From contig OZ257142.1 of the NCBI GenBank assembly GCA_965279035.1, positions 2,144,001 to 2,208,000 on the forward strand: a stretch of DNA of 64,000 nt, in the 5' to 3' direction. This document shows, in pieces, positions 57,701 through 64,000 of the stretch. The notes below the pieces were generated by a model, which made no database searches, was not told the origin of the DNA, and saw only the letters and a program-made list of their open reading frames with translations. Numbering within the stretch: the first letter of the stretch is position 1; each line of letters begins with the position of its first letter. The position numbers and the translations under genes were made by a program. The DNA is from Bacteroidia bacterium. Its GTDB lineage: Bacteria > Bacteroidota > Bacteroidia > M30B66.

Positions 57701-60700
57701 TATGCTATTTACAAAGCAGCTGCTGGAACATCAGTAACTGTAACTGGACTCACAGCAGCCACTATCTATTATTTTGAAATATTTACACGAAAAGGAACAA
57801 ATTGGAGTGATGGAGTAATTATTTCAGCAATTCCAATTTCTGCTCAAGTGGGAGATTTTAGATCTGTATCAAGCGGCGACTATTCGAATAATGCTATTTG
57901 GCAAACCTGGAATGGATCAACTTGGGTAAGTGCGACGAATTATCCTAATTCAGCAGGAACAACACCTCCAACTGCAAGTGTAACGATTCAAAGTGGGCAT
58001 ACTGTTGTATTAGATGCATCACGAACAAATCAACCAATAAAAAACCTCACAATTAATAATAATGCTCGTTTATGGGCACAAGACAGTACCTATAATGGGA
58101 ATGTTTATTTAACAGTTTATGGTGATATTTCATGTATCGGAACCATTGGAAATGCATTTAATAAATACGATAATATCAGTTTTAATATTGAAGGAAATCC
58201 AACAACAATAAGTGGTACAGGAGGGTTTTATGCAAGTAGGATTCGAAAAACATTTACAACAAACTTGACCACCAATTTAATTATTGCCATGAATGTGGCA
58301 TTAAAATTTAATTCTGGAACAGGAAGCAGTTCGGGAACTGAATTGTATAGTAATGTTTCAGGAAGCACGTTTAATGTAACTGTAAATGAAAATTCAACAT
58401 TGGATTTATTGGTCAGTATTGGCACTTCGGGTAATATAAGTATTGATGGAATTGATGGGCAAGGAAGTGGAGAACGAGGTGGAACGCTAACAGTGAATGG
58501 TACAGTAAATATTCCAGGAACCTTATTTGCTTTTACAGATAATATTACTTCTCCAGTGAATTATTTCATTGGAACTTCAGGAATAATCAATTGTGTAAAT
58601 GTTTGTACTGCTAATAGTGCCACTGCGAACGTGGCAACAGGAAGCAGAACAGGTACATGTACATTACGAATTTTAAATGGAGGTAAATTAAATTTAACTG
58701 GAGGATTAGCTAGTGATTTAAATACCTACAATAAACCATTTAGTATTCGCAGTAATACCACATCACCATACACTTACACTGCAGGACTTGGTACGACCAA
58801 TAATACATTTGATTTTCAAGCAGGATCAACTGTCCAATATTCTTCTGGAAGCGGAACGATGCCGATTCAATCTCAAACCTTGGTTTATTCAAACTTATTA
58901 ATTACCGGTGGTGCAACTAAAACCACAAATTCACTTTTAACTGTCAATAAAGACTTAACCATTCTTTCTCCGGCAGTTTTAAATCCTCAAAATAATCAGA
59001 TAAATATTGGAGGAGACTGGAATAATTATAATACCATTGGATTTACTGAAGGAACGAGTGGGAAAGTGGTATTTAATGGTACTGCACAACAATCGATTAC
59101 TTGCGCTACAGGTGAAAATTTCTATAATGTAGATATTACAAATTCCTCATCGCCTGGTGTCGTATTAAATTCAAATGTAACACTTGGTAATGATTTGGAT
59201 TTAGGAACAAATGGACGACTCACTTTTGGACCTTCTCCTGTTATTTTAACTTTAGCTAAAATGACAGCTTCGTCAAATACATTTAAGGGTTCATTATCTG
59301 CAATCGTTGATATGAGTAGTGCTGAACATTTATTCACTATTGGATGTGAGTATCCAGGATATTCTGGATTATTTAGTTCTGGAACATCTTCTTTAGTGAA
59401 TTATAATCGTGATAATGCTATATCTGGATCATCCGGAAACCAAGATGTATTAACAGGAATTGTCTATGCTAATTTGAGTGTAAGTGGTTCCGATTTAAAA
59501 AGAACGAGTAATCACTTTACTGTAAATAAAAATTTTGTGGTTGATGGCTCTGCTACAATTCTTCAAGCGAATACAATAGGAAAGAAATTAACCATTGGTG
59601 GGAATATTACCCTAAGTGGTGGAGCTACTATGGATGATTCGTGCCGTAGTAACTTATCTATTGAAACAGTTGGTAATACCAATCAAATATTCGATGCTCA
59701 ATCTAATATGATCAAATGCTTTAGTTTTAAATCCATAAAAAATGCTGGAAGTATAGTATTAACTGGTCCATCGGGGACTACTGGAATGGATATTAAAACG
59801 GATTTTTCATTAGATTATACTGGAACTGGATTGTTTTCTGATAATGCCAATTTAATTAAAGTGGGTGATGATGTTGAGTTAGGTGCTGCAAGTTCTACTA
59901 TAGCTAATTTCAATTTAACCGGTACAATTGAACTTACTGGAATTGGTGCTTCTACTGATATTCATATAAGTGATTACACAGGATCTTCTTATTCCAAAGC
60001 AGAACTAAATAATCTAACAATCAATTTAGGAAGCTTAACAGGTAGCTTATTACAAGCTGAAGTAATGCCAATAGCTGGAGGACAAACTACTATTATTAAA
60101 AACAACCTTAATATTATTCAAGGTGCGAATGGAGCTAAGTTGGATGCAAATAATAATACAGTAAAAATTGGTGGTAATTGGACTTCCTGGAATCAAAGTT
60201 CCTTTGTACAAGGAATTTCAAGTACTGTTGAATTTAATGGAACGGCACTTCAATCCTTAACTTGTCCAGGAGGAATTATTTTTAATAATTTCAGTTTAAA
60301 TAATACTGCATCAATTGGTTTAATAACAAATAATAATATTCAAGTAGTTGGCACATCATCATTTACAAACGGTCGACTTGATTTAAATGGTTTTACACTC
60401 ACTTTAGGAACATCATCAAGCAATGGAAATGTGATTGGAGCGAATTCAAATAGCTATGTAATTATGTGGGATGGTGCTGATAATGGTCAAATAATACATT
60501 TTGTAAATTCTACTGGAAGCACGTACAAATTCCCAATGGGTGATTTAACTGATTACTCACCATTTGAATTAACATTAACCAGTGGAACTTTACTTAATGC
60601 CCAACTTACTGGTGGATTGAAAGGATTAAGTCACCCTCAATTAGGTATAAGTTCAAATTATTTAAATCGTTATTGGAGTATAAATCAGGTTGGTTTAACA

Positions 60701-61471
60701 AATCCAATCTATAATGTTTCCTATCAATATGCTGCTGCCGATGTTATAGGTCCAGATATCGCTTTATTTCCTTTTAAATATGATGGTGCAGGTTGGCAAA
60801 GTTGCACCGGAAGTGGTTCAAATGCAATGGTCGGAACAGGTAGTGTGAATGCAGTTACAAAGACACTCAATTGGAATAGTATAACAACATTCAGCGATTT
60901 TACAGGAATTGGGAATGGAACTCCATTACCTATTGAGCTTTTAAGTTTTACTGCAACTCCAATTAATGAACATGTGGAGCTTCAATGGTCAACAGCATCC
61001 GAAACAAATAATGATTATTTTACTGTTGAAAAAAGTAGTGATGCAATTCATTTTGAAAAAGTATTTGATAAATCAGGTGCTGGTAATTCATCCACTATAA
61101 AATCATATGCTGATATTGATCCAAATCCATTCCAAGGTGTTTCCTATTATCGCTTAAAGCAAACCGATTATGATGGAGAATTTGAATATTCTCAAATTGT
61201 CCCTGTTTCATTTAATGGAAACTCAAGTTTCCAAGTTCTTTGGTCAAATTATAATGCTGAAACAGGGGCAATCAACTTAACAACTACAATGGAAAATGAA
61301 AATCTAAATTTTGCTTTGTATGATTTAACTGGACGATTAATTAATGAATCATCAATACAAACAAGTTCAAGTAGTTTTGCAATTTTTGTTGGTAAATTAC
61401 AAGCGAAAGGAATCTATCTGTTGCATATTTCAAATGGTAATAAGCAAATTGTTTTGAAATTGATAAATTGA
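51758..61471 (+). CDS. Giant T9SS-secreted adhesin-like protein (3237 aa): autotransporter-associated beta-strand (PATR) repeats, FN3-like domains, duplicated jelly-roll-like module, beta-solenoid, LPIEL Ig domain, type A CTD
   Basis: Three L.K.G.G.L.L...NTYTG.T repeats, YHYRAYAVNS.G and YYFKIY FN3-like motifs, two EDFETG/ETFEPG...GGNR...DDI modules, PLPIELLSF...ASETNNDYFTVEKS...YYRLKQTDYDG, terminal GIYLLHI...KLIN. Confidence 0.9.
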   Translation: MKKQLVFILIVLLGKVNAQTISWANTGASTAWYTAANWSPSTASGAWTSGKLAQFNNNGSATTAGINMGTSFLSLGAIEVLSSRSRILTIGNSSGTTGTLTFNGMTVNGVTNTILTNASSFDLTLQNNETGTGKIMNITLANATENVINIDGSGGIVISSLIGSSAVGRLTKSGLGSGVLTLSTGNTYTGKTLILTGFINTSGESAFGANPGAFTSDQLTLNGGGIASTAGALNFSSNRGITLGASGGTFFTNGNNITLTNVVTGSGALNKTGTSTLILAAINTYTGATSVQSGTLQLNAANTFPDISALSLSASSTFDLKGFSETIGSLASAGTVTSSAAGTITLTLGGNNSNTSYSGIIQNGSATSVSLTKTGTGTFTISGANTYTGTTTITAGAIQLSNNERIANSSNLILNGGTLSSGATTGYSETLGTLNLNANSNIALGTGNHTITFSNSSAVSWAGSNLTITGWSGTAGSSGTAGKIVVGAGGLTAGQLAKISFSGYPGTAIIVGGEVVPQAVLCTAPSIQSSAISFSSIGTTSFDVNWTNGNGAGRVVKINSSNSFTTPSTGSNPSASLIWANAGEQVVFNGTGSGPITITGLSASTTYYIQVFEFCNPDRVYQSATATNNPNSQITNAAATPTLSASSLTSFGTQCINGTFGPNSFTITGSALTSANVLVNSISGFEFCTTAGGSYTSSLSLSQSGGAYSQTIYVRFIPTSAISYSGNISVSGGGASSISVPVIGIGENGTVSISNVSVTSITATSASSGGNSISTSCGTITSKGVVWSTSSNPTIPSVNSTNDGTGTSAFVSSLSGLSSNSIYHYRAYAVNSNGVVSYGTDLTFTTLKAEPSNSPTSFACGATTLTSIPLSWVDATGATLPDQYLIKWSTISYASIIDPIDLVAEGNTSTSQNIAQGVQSFSPTGLSNGTTYYFKIYPYTNSGSNVNYKLTSVQQTSCSTLSAPWEDFETGSKGAYATGNVTCTAGSWNMNDALIGTSASDRKNGIQSVRVQNSGIVSMNFDLSTGVGTVNIQHALYGSDGNSTWRLEASTTSGSTWTAYTSSAITTSSTTLTNQLFTLNLTGNVRFRIVKLSGGGNRISFDDIYVTPFNAVVSTSSIPTSFCAGNAVFNVPFTYSATGNFPNGVSLFTAQLSDATGSFSSVTNLQNVISNASGSQSISISIPGNIPTGSAYRIRVISANPSVAGSDNGSNISIYNSSTSIAPSTIQNLTPSSNGTTLNVNEGSTPSSRQWKYGTVSGGPYSTNLGTSSSQIPNFAIAGTYYIVCESTYGSPCSSTVRSNEVQINVAPLVPTLTTTSISGITTTVANSGGTISTDNGAAVTQRGCVWATSLNPTMPSANSTSDGSGIGSFSSSLSSLNPETNYHVRAYAINSVGTGYGADVSFYTFSLPVINQANLLIANAVNSSEIDLSWDAAVFPISGATVKGYVLLRASGANIPVLTSTNGQAPTGDVNTTIVSSSIAELTTTFSNTSLSSNTTYNYILIPYTWDGVNAATINYLTSGAPTSSATTPVASCTTPGSTPSSLNTGTPTSSQTTISWVNGSGTNRLVIASTTAITALPTNGIAYTASSTFGAGTNLGSFNYAVYANTGNSFTLSGLSSSTQYYIAVFEYNSIGNCYNTTPVLGSFTTAAASSIIETFEPGTKIAYANSNAVCNLGNWNFNDALIGTTANDHKNGLKSARIQNNGSITMLFNKTNGIGTITLFHAKYATDGNSTWRLDVSDNSGATFNAYSSAVITTSSTTLTSASFPINIPGNTMRVRITKLSGGGNRLNIDDIAITDYISGNTVTTGTITGSPYCISNTSGASISVPYTATGVFSTLNVFEAQLSNELGSFAIPTVIGNITSNALSGTISATIPAGTLNGTAYRIRVVASDPQIIGSQNGSNLSVILNAQDVSGFYATVASSTSLNLGWTNPGNCFDEILIVAKALSTTTVSPTGNGSLYTANSVFSTGGSGANLPASEYAIYKAAAGTSVTVTGLTAATIYYFEIFTRKGTNWSDGVIISAIPISAQVGDFRSVSSGDYSNNAIWQTWNGSTWVSATNYPNSAGTTPPTASVTIQSGHTVVLDASRTNQPIKNLTINNNARLWAQDSTYNGNVYLTVYGDISCIGTIGNAFNKYDNISFNIEGNPTTISGTGGFYASRIRKTFTTNLTTNLIIAMNVALKFNSGTGSSSGTELYSNVSGSTFNVTVNENSTLDLLVSIGTSGNISIDGIDGQGSGERGGTLTVNGTVNIPGTLFAFTDNITSPVNYFIGTSGIINCVNVCTANSATANVATGSRTGTCTLRILNGGKLNLTGGLASDLNTYNKPFSIRSNTTSPYTYTAGLGTTNNTFDFQAGSTVQYSSGSGTMPIQSQTLVYSNLLITGGATKTTNSLLTVNKDLTILSPAVLNPQNNQINIGGDWNNYNTIGFTEGTSGKVVFNGTAQQSITCATGENFYNVDITNSSSPGVVLNSNVTLGNDLDLGTNGRLTFGPSPVILTLAKMTASSNTFKGSLSAIVDMSSAEHLFTIGCEYPGYSGLFSSGTSSLVNYNRDNAISGSSGNQDVLTGIVYANLSVSGSDLKRTSNHFTVNKNFVVDGSATILQANTIGKKLTIGGNITLSGGATMDDSCRSNLSIETVGNTNQIFDAQSNMIKCFSFKSIKNAGSIVLTGPSGTTGMDIKTDFSLDYTGTGLFSDNANLIKVGDDVELGAASSTIANFNLTGTIELTGIGASTDIHISDYTGSSYSKAELNNLTINLGSLTGSLLQAEVMPIAGGQTTIIKNNLNIIQGANGAKLDANNNTVKIGGNWTSWNQSSFVQGISSTVEFNGTALQSLTCPGGIIFNNFSLNNTASIGLITNNNIQVVGTSSFTNGRLDLNGFTLTLGTSSSNGNVIGANSNSYVIMWDGADNGQIIHFVNSTGSTYKFPMGDLTDYSPFELTLTSGTLLNAQLTGGLKGLSHPQLGISSNYLNRYWSINQVGLTNPIYNVSYQYAAADVIGPDIALFPFKYDGAGWQSCTGSGSNAMVGTGSVNAVTKTLNWNSITTFSDFTGIGNGTPLPIELLSFTATPINEHVELQWSTASETNNDYFTVEKSSDAIHFEKVFDKSGAGNSSTIKSYADIDPNPFQGVSYYRLKQTDYDGEFEYSQIVPVSFNGNSSFQVLWSNYNAETGAINLTTTMENENLNFALYDLTGRLINESSIQTSSSSFAIFVGKLQAKGIYLLHISNGNKQIVLKLIN

Positions 61472-61636
61472 TTTTTTAGCTTTTATTAATTATGAAATTT
61501 TACTAATAGCATTTATCTGAATTTATCATTTAATTGTTATTTTCAAGTTAATAAAATCTTGAAATAAATCTATTAAAATTAATAAATATATTTTGTAATT
61601 CACTGTTATTAGCTGTTTTATATCTTATATTGAAAT

Positions 61637-61677
61637 TAATTTAGGATTAACTTATATATAACATAGAGGGTAGTTTG
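61637..61677 (+). promoter_or_regulatory. Three 11-bp-phased TAA(C/T) direct repeats next to a -7-like element
   Basis: TAAT at 61637, TAAC at 61648, TAAC at 61659, then GTAGTTTG at 61670-61677. Confidence 0.45.
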
Positions 61678-61749
61678 AACCATTGAAGTTTAATGAGATT
61701 TGCATGCAATAGAAAGAAACTTCAACTCATTTCATTGACACCTTTTAAT

Positions 61750-62832
61750 ATGAAAAAACCTTTACTCTTAATTGCTTCAGCATTTTTATCAATTCAACTT
61801 TTCAGTCAAGTTGGATTAGAAAATATTATCGTGGAGAAATACTATGTTTCCGATGCAAACGATGCTACGTTAAATGATGTTGGAGGCATTTTACCAGTAG
61901 GTTCTGTAACCTATCGTGTATATGTGGATATGTTGCCAGATTATAAGCTTCAAGCGATTTATGGTAATTCTGAACATGAATTAAGACTTGCTACAACTAC
62001 TACATTTTTTAATAATGAAGATAGAGGAGCTGTTACTCCAACCTATACTAAAACTCAAGCGAAAAACAACACAGTTATGCTTGATTCATGGGTATCGGTT
62101 GGAGCTGGATGTGCGGGCAATTTTGGAATACTTAAAGCTGAAGATGATGGTGTTGCAACAAACACAAATAATGATGGTGTTCTTCAAAATACAAATGCAG
62201 CAGCAGGCATACCTTTAACGCAGCAGGATGGTTTAATTACTGGTGCTCCTCAAACAGTTACAACTTTGGGCTTAGATGCATTACTAGCTATGTTTGATAA
62301 TACAAATGGTGCTGCAAATGGAAATGTATTTTCAACTTTTAATGGTTCTTGGGCAGCACTTTCAGGTGCAACCGGACCTAATCAAGCTACTAATAAAGTT
62401 CTTATTGGACAATTTACAACTGAAGGCGTATTCTCATTTGAATTAAATATTCAAATAGGAACACCCGATGGTGGTGTAGAACGTTATGTGTCTTCAAATC
62501 CTATTGCTAGTGAAGTATTATTTCCTAGTTTAACATATACTTCAGATATCATTTCTAAAACGCATTTTATAAATAGTGATGATAGGATTTTTAAAGTATT
62601 CCCAAATCCTTCTCAAGACATTATCACTGTTGAAACAAATGAAGATAAGAATGCTTGTATGCGTTATTCAATTTATAACATGCGCGGTCAATTAGTTTCT
62701 GTTAAAACTACTTCAGGTTTTAATTCTAATTCTTTTGAACAATTTACTATTTCAAATCTTCCTAGAGGACATTACTTAATTGAATTAGTCGTAAATGGAA
62801 AACGATCGATTCAGAAGTTTACCAAGAACTAA
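61750..62832 (+). CDS. T9SS type A sorting domain protein with uncharacterised N-terminal domain
   Basis: ATG at 61750 gives signal peptide MKKPLLLIASAFLSIQLFS. TYRVYVD, DSWVSVG and VLIGQFTT motifs; CTD VFPNPSQD...LPRGHYLI...QKFTKN. Confidence 0.85.
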   Translation: MKKPLLLIASAFLSIQLFSQVGLENIIVEKYYVSDANDATLNDVGGILPVGSVTYRVYVDMLPDYKLQAIYGNSEHELRLATTTTFFNNEDRGAVTPTYTKTQAKNNTVMLDSWVSVGAGCAGNFGILKAEDDGVATNTNNDGVLQNTNAAAGIPLTQQDGLITGAPQTVTTLGLDALLAMFDNTNGAANGNVFSTFNGSWAALSGATGPNQATNKVLIGQFTTEGVFSFELNIQIGTPDGGVERYVSSNPIASEVLFPSLTYTSDIISKTHFINSDDRIFKVFPNPSQDIITVETNEDKNACMRYSIYNMRGQLVSVKTTSGFNSNSFEQFTISNLPRGHYLIELVVNGKRSIQKFTKN

Positions 62833-62847
62833 TTTTTTATAGAAACA

Positions 62848-62873
62848 ATAAGGGATTCATTTGAATCCCTTAT
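62848..62873 (+). terminator. Intergenic hairpin (terminator or mRNA-stabilising stem) before the TBDR
   Basis: ATAAGGGATTC-ATTT-GAATCCCTTAT perfect 11-bp stem with a weak U-tract. Confidence 0.65.
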
Positions 62874-62889
62874 CATTTTAGATTCTACC

Positions 62890-64000
62890 ATGAGAGGATT
62901 CTTGTTTTTATTTTTTTCGTTTCTATTATTTAACAATACGTATAGTCAAGGAATTTTTCGCGGGAAAATTTCTGATCCTAATGGTGAAACAATCATTGGT
63001 GCTGCAGTTGTTCTTAAAGCAAATAAATCGATAGGAGCAATCACCGATTTTGATGGAAATTTCTCATTATCAATCAAAGATTCCCTACCTCAAACTATAG
63101 TAATTACTTTTGTTGGATATACCCCTATTGAAGATGTTATCAGATTTAATTTTAGAGGTGAAGTTGTTATTCGAAATTATACGATGTCGCTTAAGCAAAA
63201 TGACATTAAACAAGTAGAAGTTTTTGCAACAGCTATAAAGAATAAGGATTATTATTTAGAAAATCTTAAGAAGAAATCTTCCGCTTCCATTGATTACATT
63301 TCTTCAGAAACAATGAAGAAAACAGGTGATAATAATGTAACTGCTGCTATATCCCGCGTTAGTGGAGTTTCAACAAATGGTAGTTTTATTACAGTTCGAG
63401 GTATTGGCGATAGATACCTTAAAACCAATATTAATGGCTTGAGAATTCCAACACTAGATCCATTTACTAACAATATTAAACTTGATTTATTTCCTTCAAG
63501 TTTGGTTGATAATATCATCATTACGAAAACAGCTTCTCCAGATTTACCGGGCGATTGGGCTGGTGCATATATATCCGTTGAAACAAAAGAATATCCTGAG
63601 AATTTATCTGTAAATATAGAATCTATGTTTGGGTATAATGCTCAAACAACAGGTAAGGATATGTTAACGAGTTCAAGAAGTAGTACTGATTGGCTAGGCT
63701 ACGACAATGGATATCGGAATGTAGATCATAATGCGTTTGTTCCTGTAAATGTTGAACCTTCCACATATCAAGAGATGGCTGCATTAGGATTAAAGGATTA
63801 CTATGCTTCATTGGGAATTAATGAACAATCCAATTGGAATGACACGTATTTTAAATTGGGTTTAATTCAATTAGGCTTATTGAAAAAGGGGCATTTTTAT
63901 AATCAAACTGCTTTTAGTGAAGCTAGAAATCTATTCAATAGCGACCAGTATAGCGGGAAAGCATTTTCTATAATTAATAAAAAAGCTGCCGAGAATGCAC
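62890..64000 (+). CDS. TonB-dependent receptor (carboxypeptidase-regulatory-like domain + plug), partial, runs off the window
   Basis: Not in the ORF track. Manual translation from ATG at 62890: MRGFLFLFFSFLLFNNTYSQGIFRGKISDPNGETIIGAAV, TDFDGNFSL, RVSGVS, VRGIGDRY, LDLFPSSLVDNIIITKTASPDLPGDWAGA. Confidence 0.92.
   Translation, partial: MRGFLFLFFSFLLFNNTYSQGIFRGKISDPNGETIIGAAVVLKANKSIGAITDFDGNFSLSIKDSLPQTIVITFVGYTPIEDVIRFNFRGEVVIRNYTMSLKQNDIKQVEVFATAIKNKDYYLENLKKKSSASIDYISSETMKKTGDNNVTAAISRVSGVSTNGSFITVRGIGDRYLKTNINGLRIPTLDPFTNNIKLDLFPSSLVDNIIITKTASPDLPGDWAGAYISVETKEYPENLSVNIESMFGYNAQTTGKDMLTSSRSSTDWLGYDNGYRNVDHNAFVPVNVEPSTYQEMAALGLKDYYASLGINEQSNWNDTYFKLGLIQLGLLKKGHFYNQTAFSEARNLFNSDQYSGKAFSIINKKAAENA

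Overview
AT-rich Bacteroidota-like chromosomal window; the lineage call rests on T9SS C-terminal domains, TAnnTTTG promoter motifs and TonB-dependent receptors. The left part (1-25 kb) is mostly core or envelope genes: partial S8 peptidase, two GT-C glycosyltransferases, a ceramidase-like protein, a propeller-PP2C sensor, an AddB-like nuclease, a thioredoxin-like protein, glpK, a GWxTD-LpxL-GT2 operon, marC, thyA-folA-GMC oxidase and tRNA-Asp. A complete IS4-family element (18-bp TIRs, 9-bp TSD) interrupts it. The right part (25-64 kb) is rich in secreted proteins: two giant T9SS cargo proteins (3846 and 3237 aa), a TPR-adenylate cyclase, a subclass B1 metallo-beta-lactamase fused to a lipoprotein domain, a GH18 hydrolase and TonB-dependent receptors. 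The most notable signals are: (1) a ~390-bp transposase-less MITE (perfect TIRs plus TSD) carrying a ~145-nt multi-stem, apparently pseudoknotted RNA; (2) an NGRRAV hexapeptide repeat module inside the giant protease-adhesin; (3) the fused B1 MBL; (4) a ceramidase that has lost two Zn-ligand histidines; (5) 11-bp-phased TAAC boxes upstream of the terminal T9SS/TBDR cluster. All family assignments come from motifs read by eye; no searches were run.
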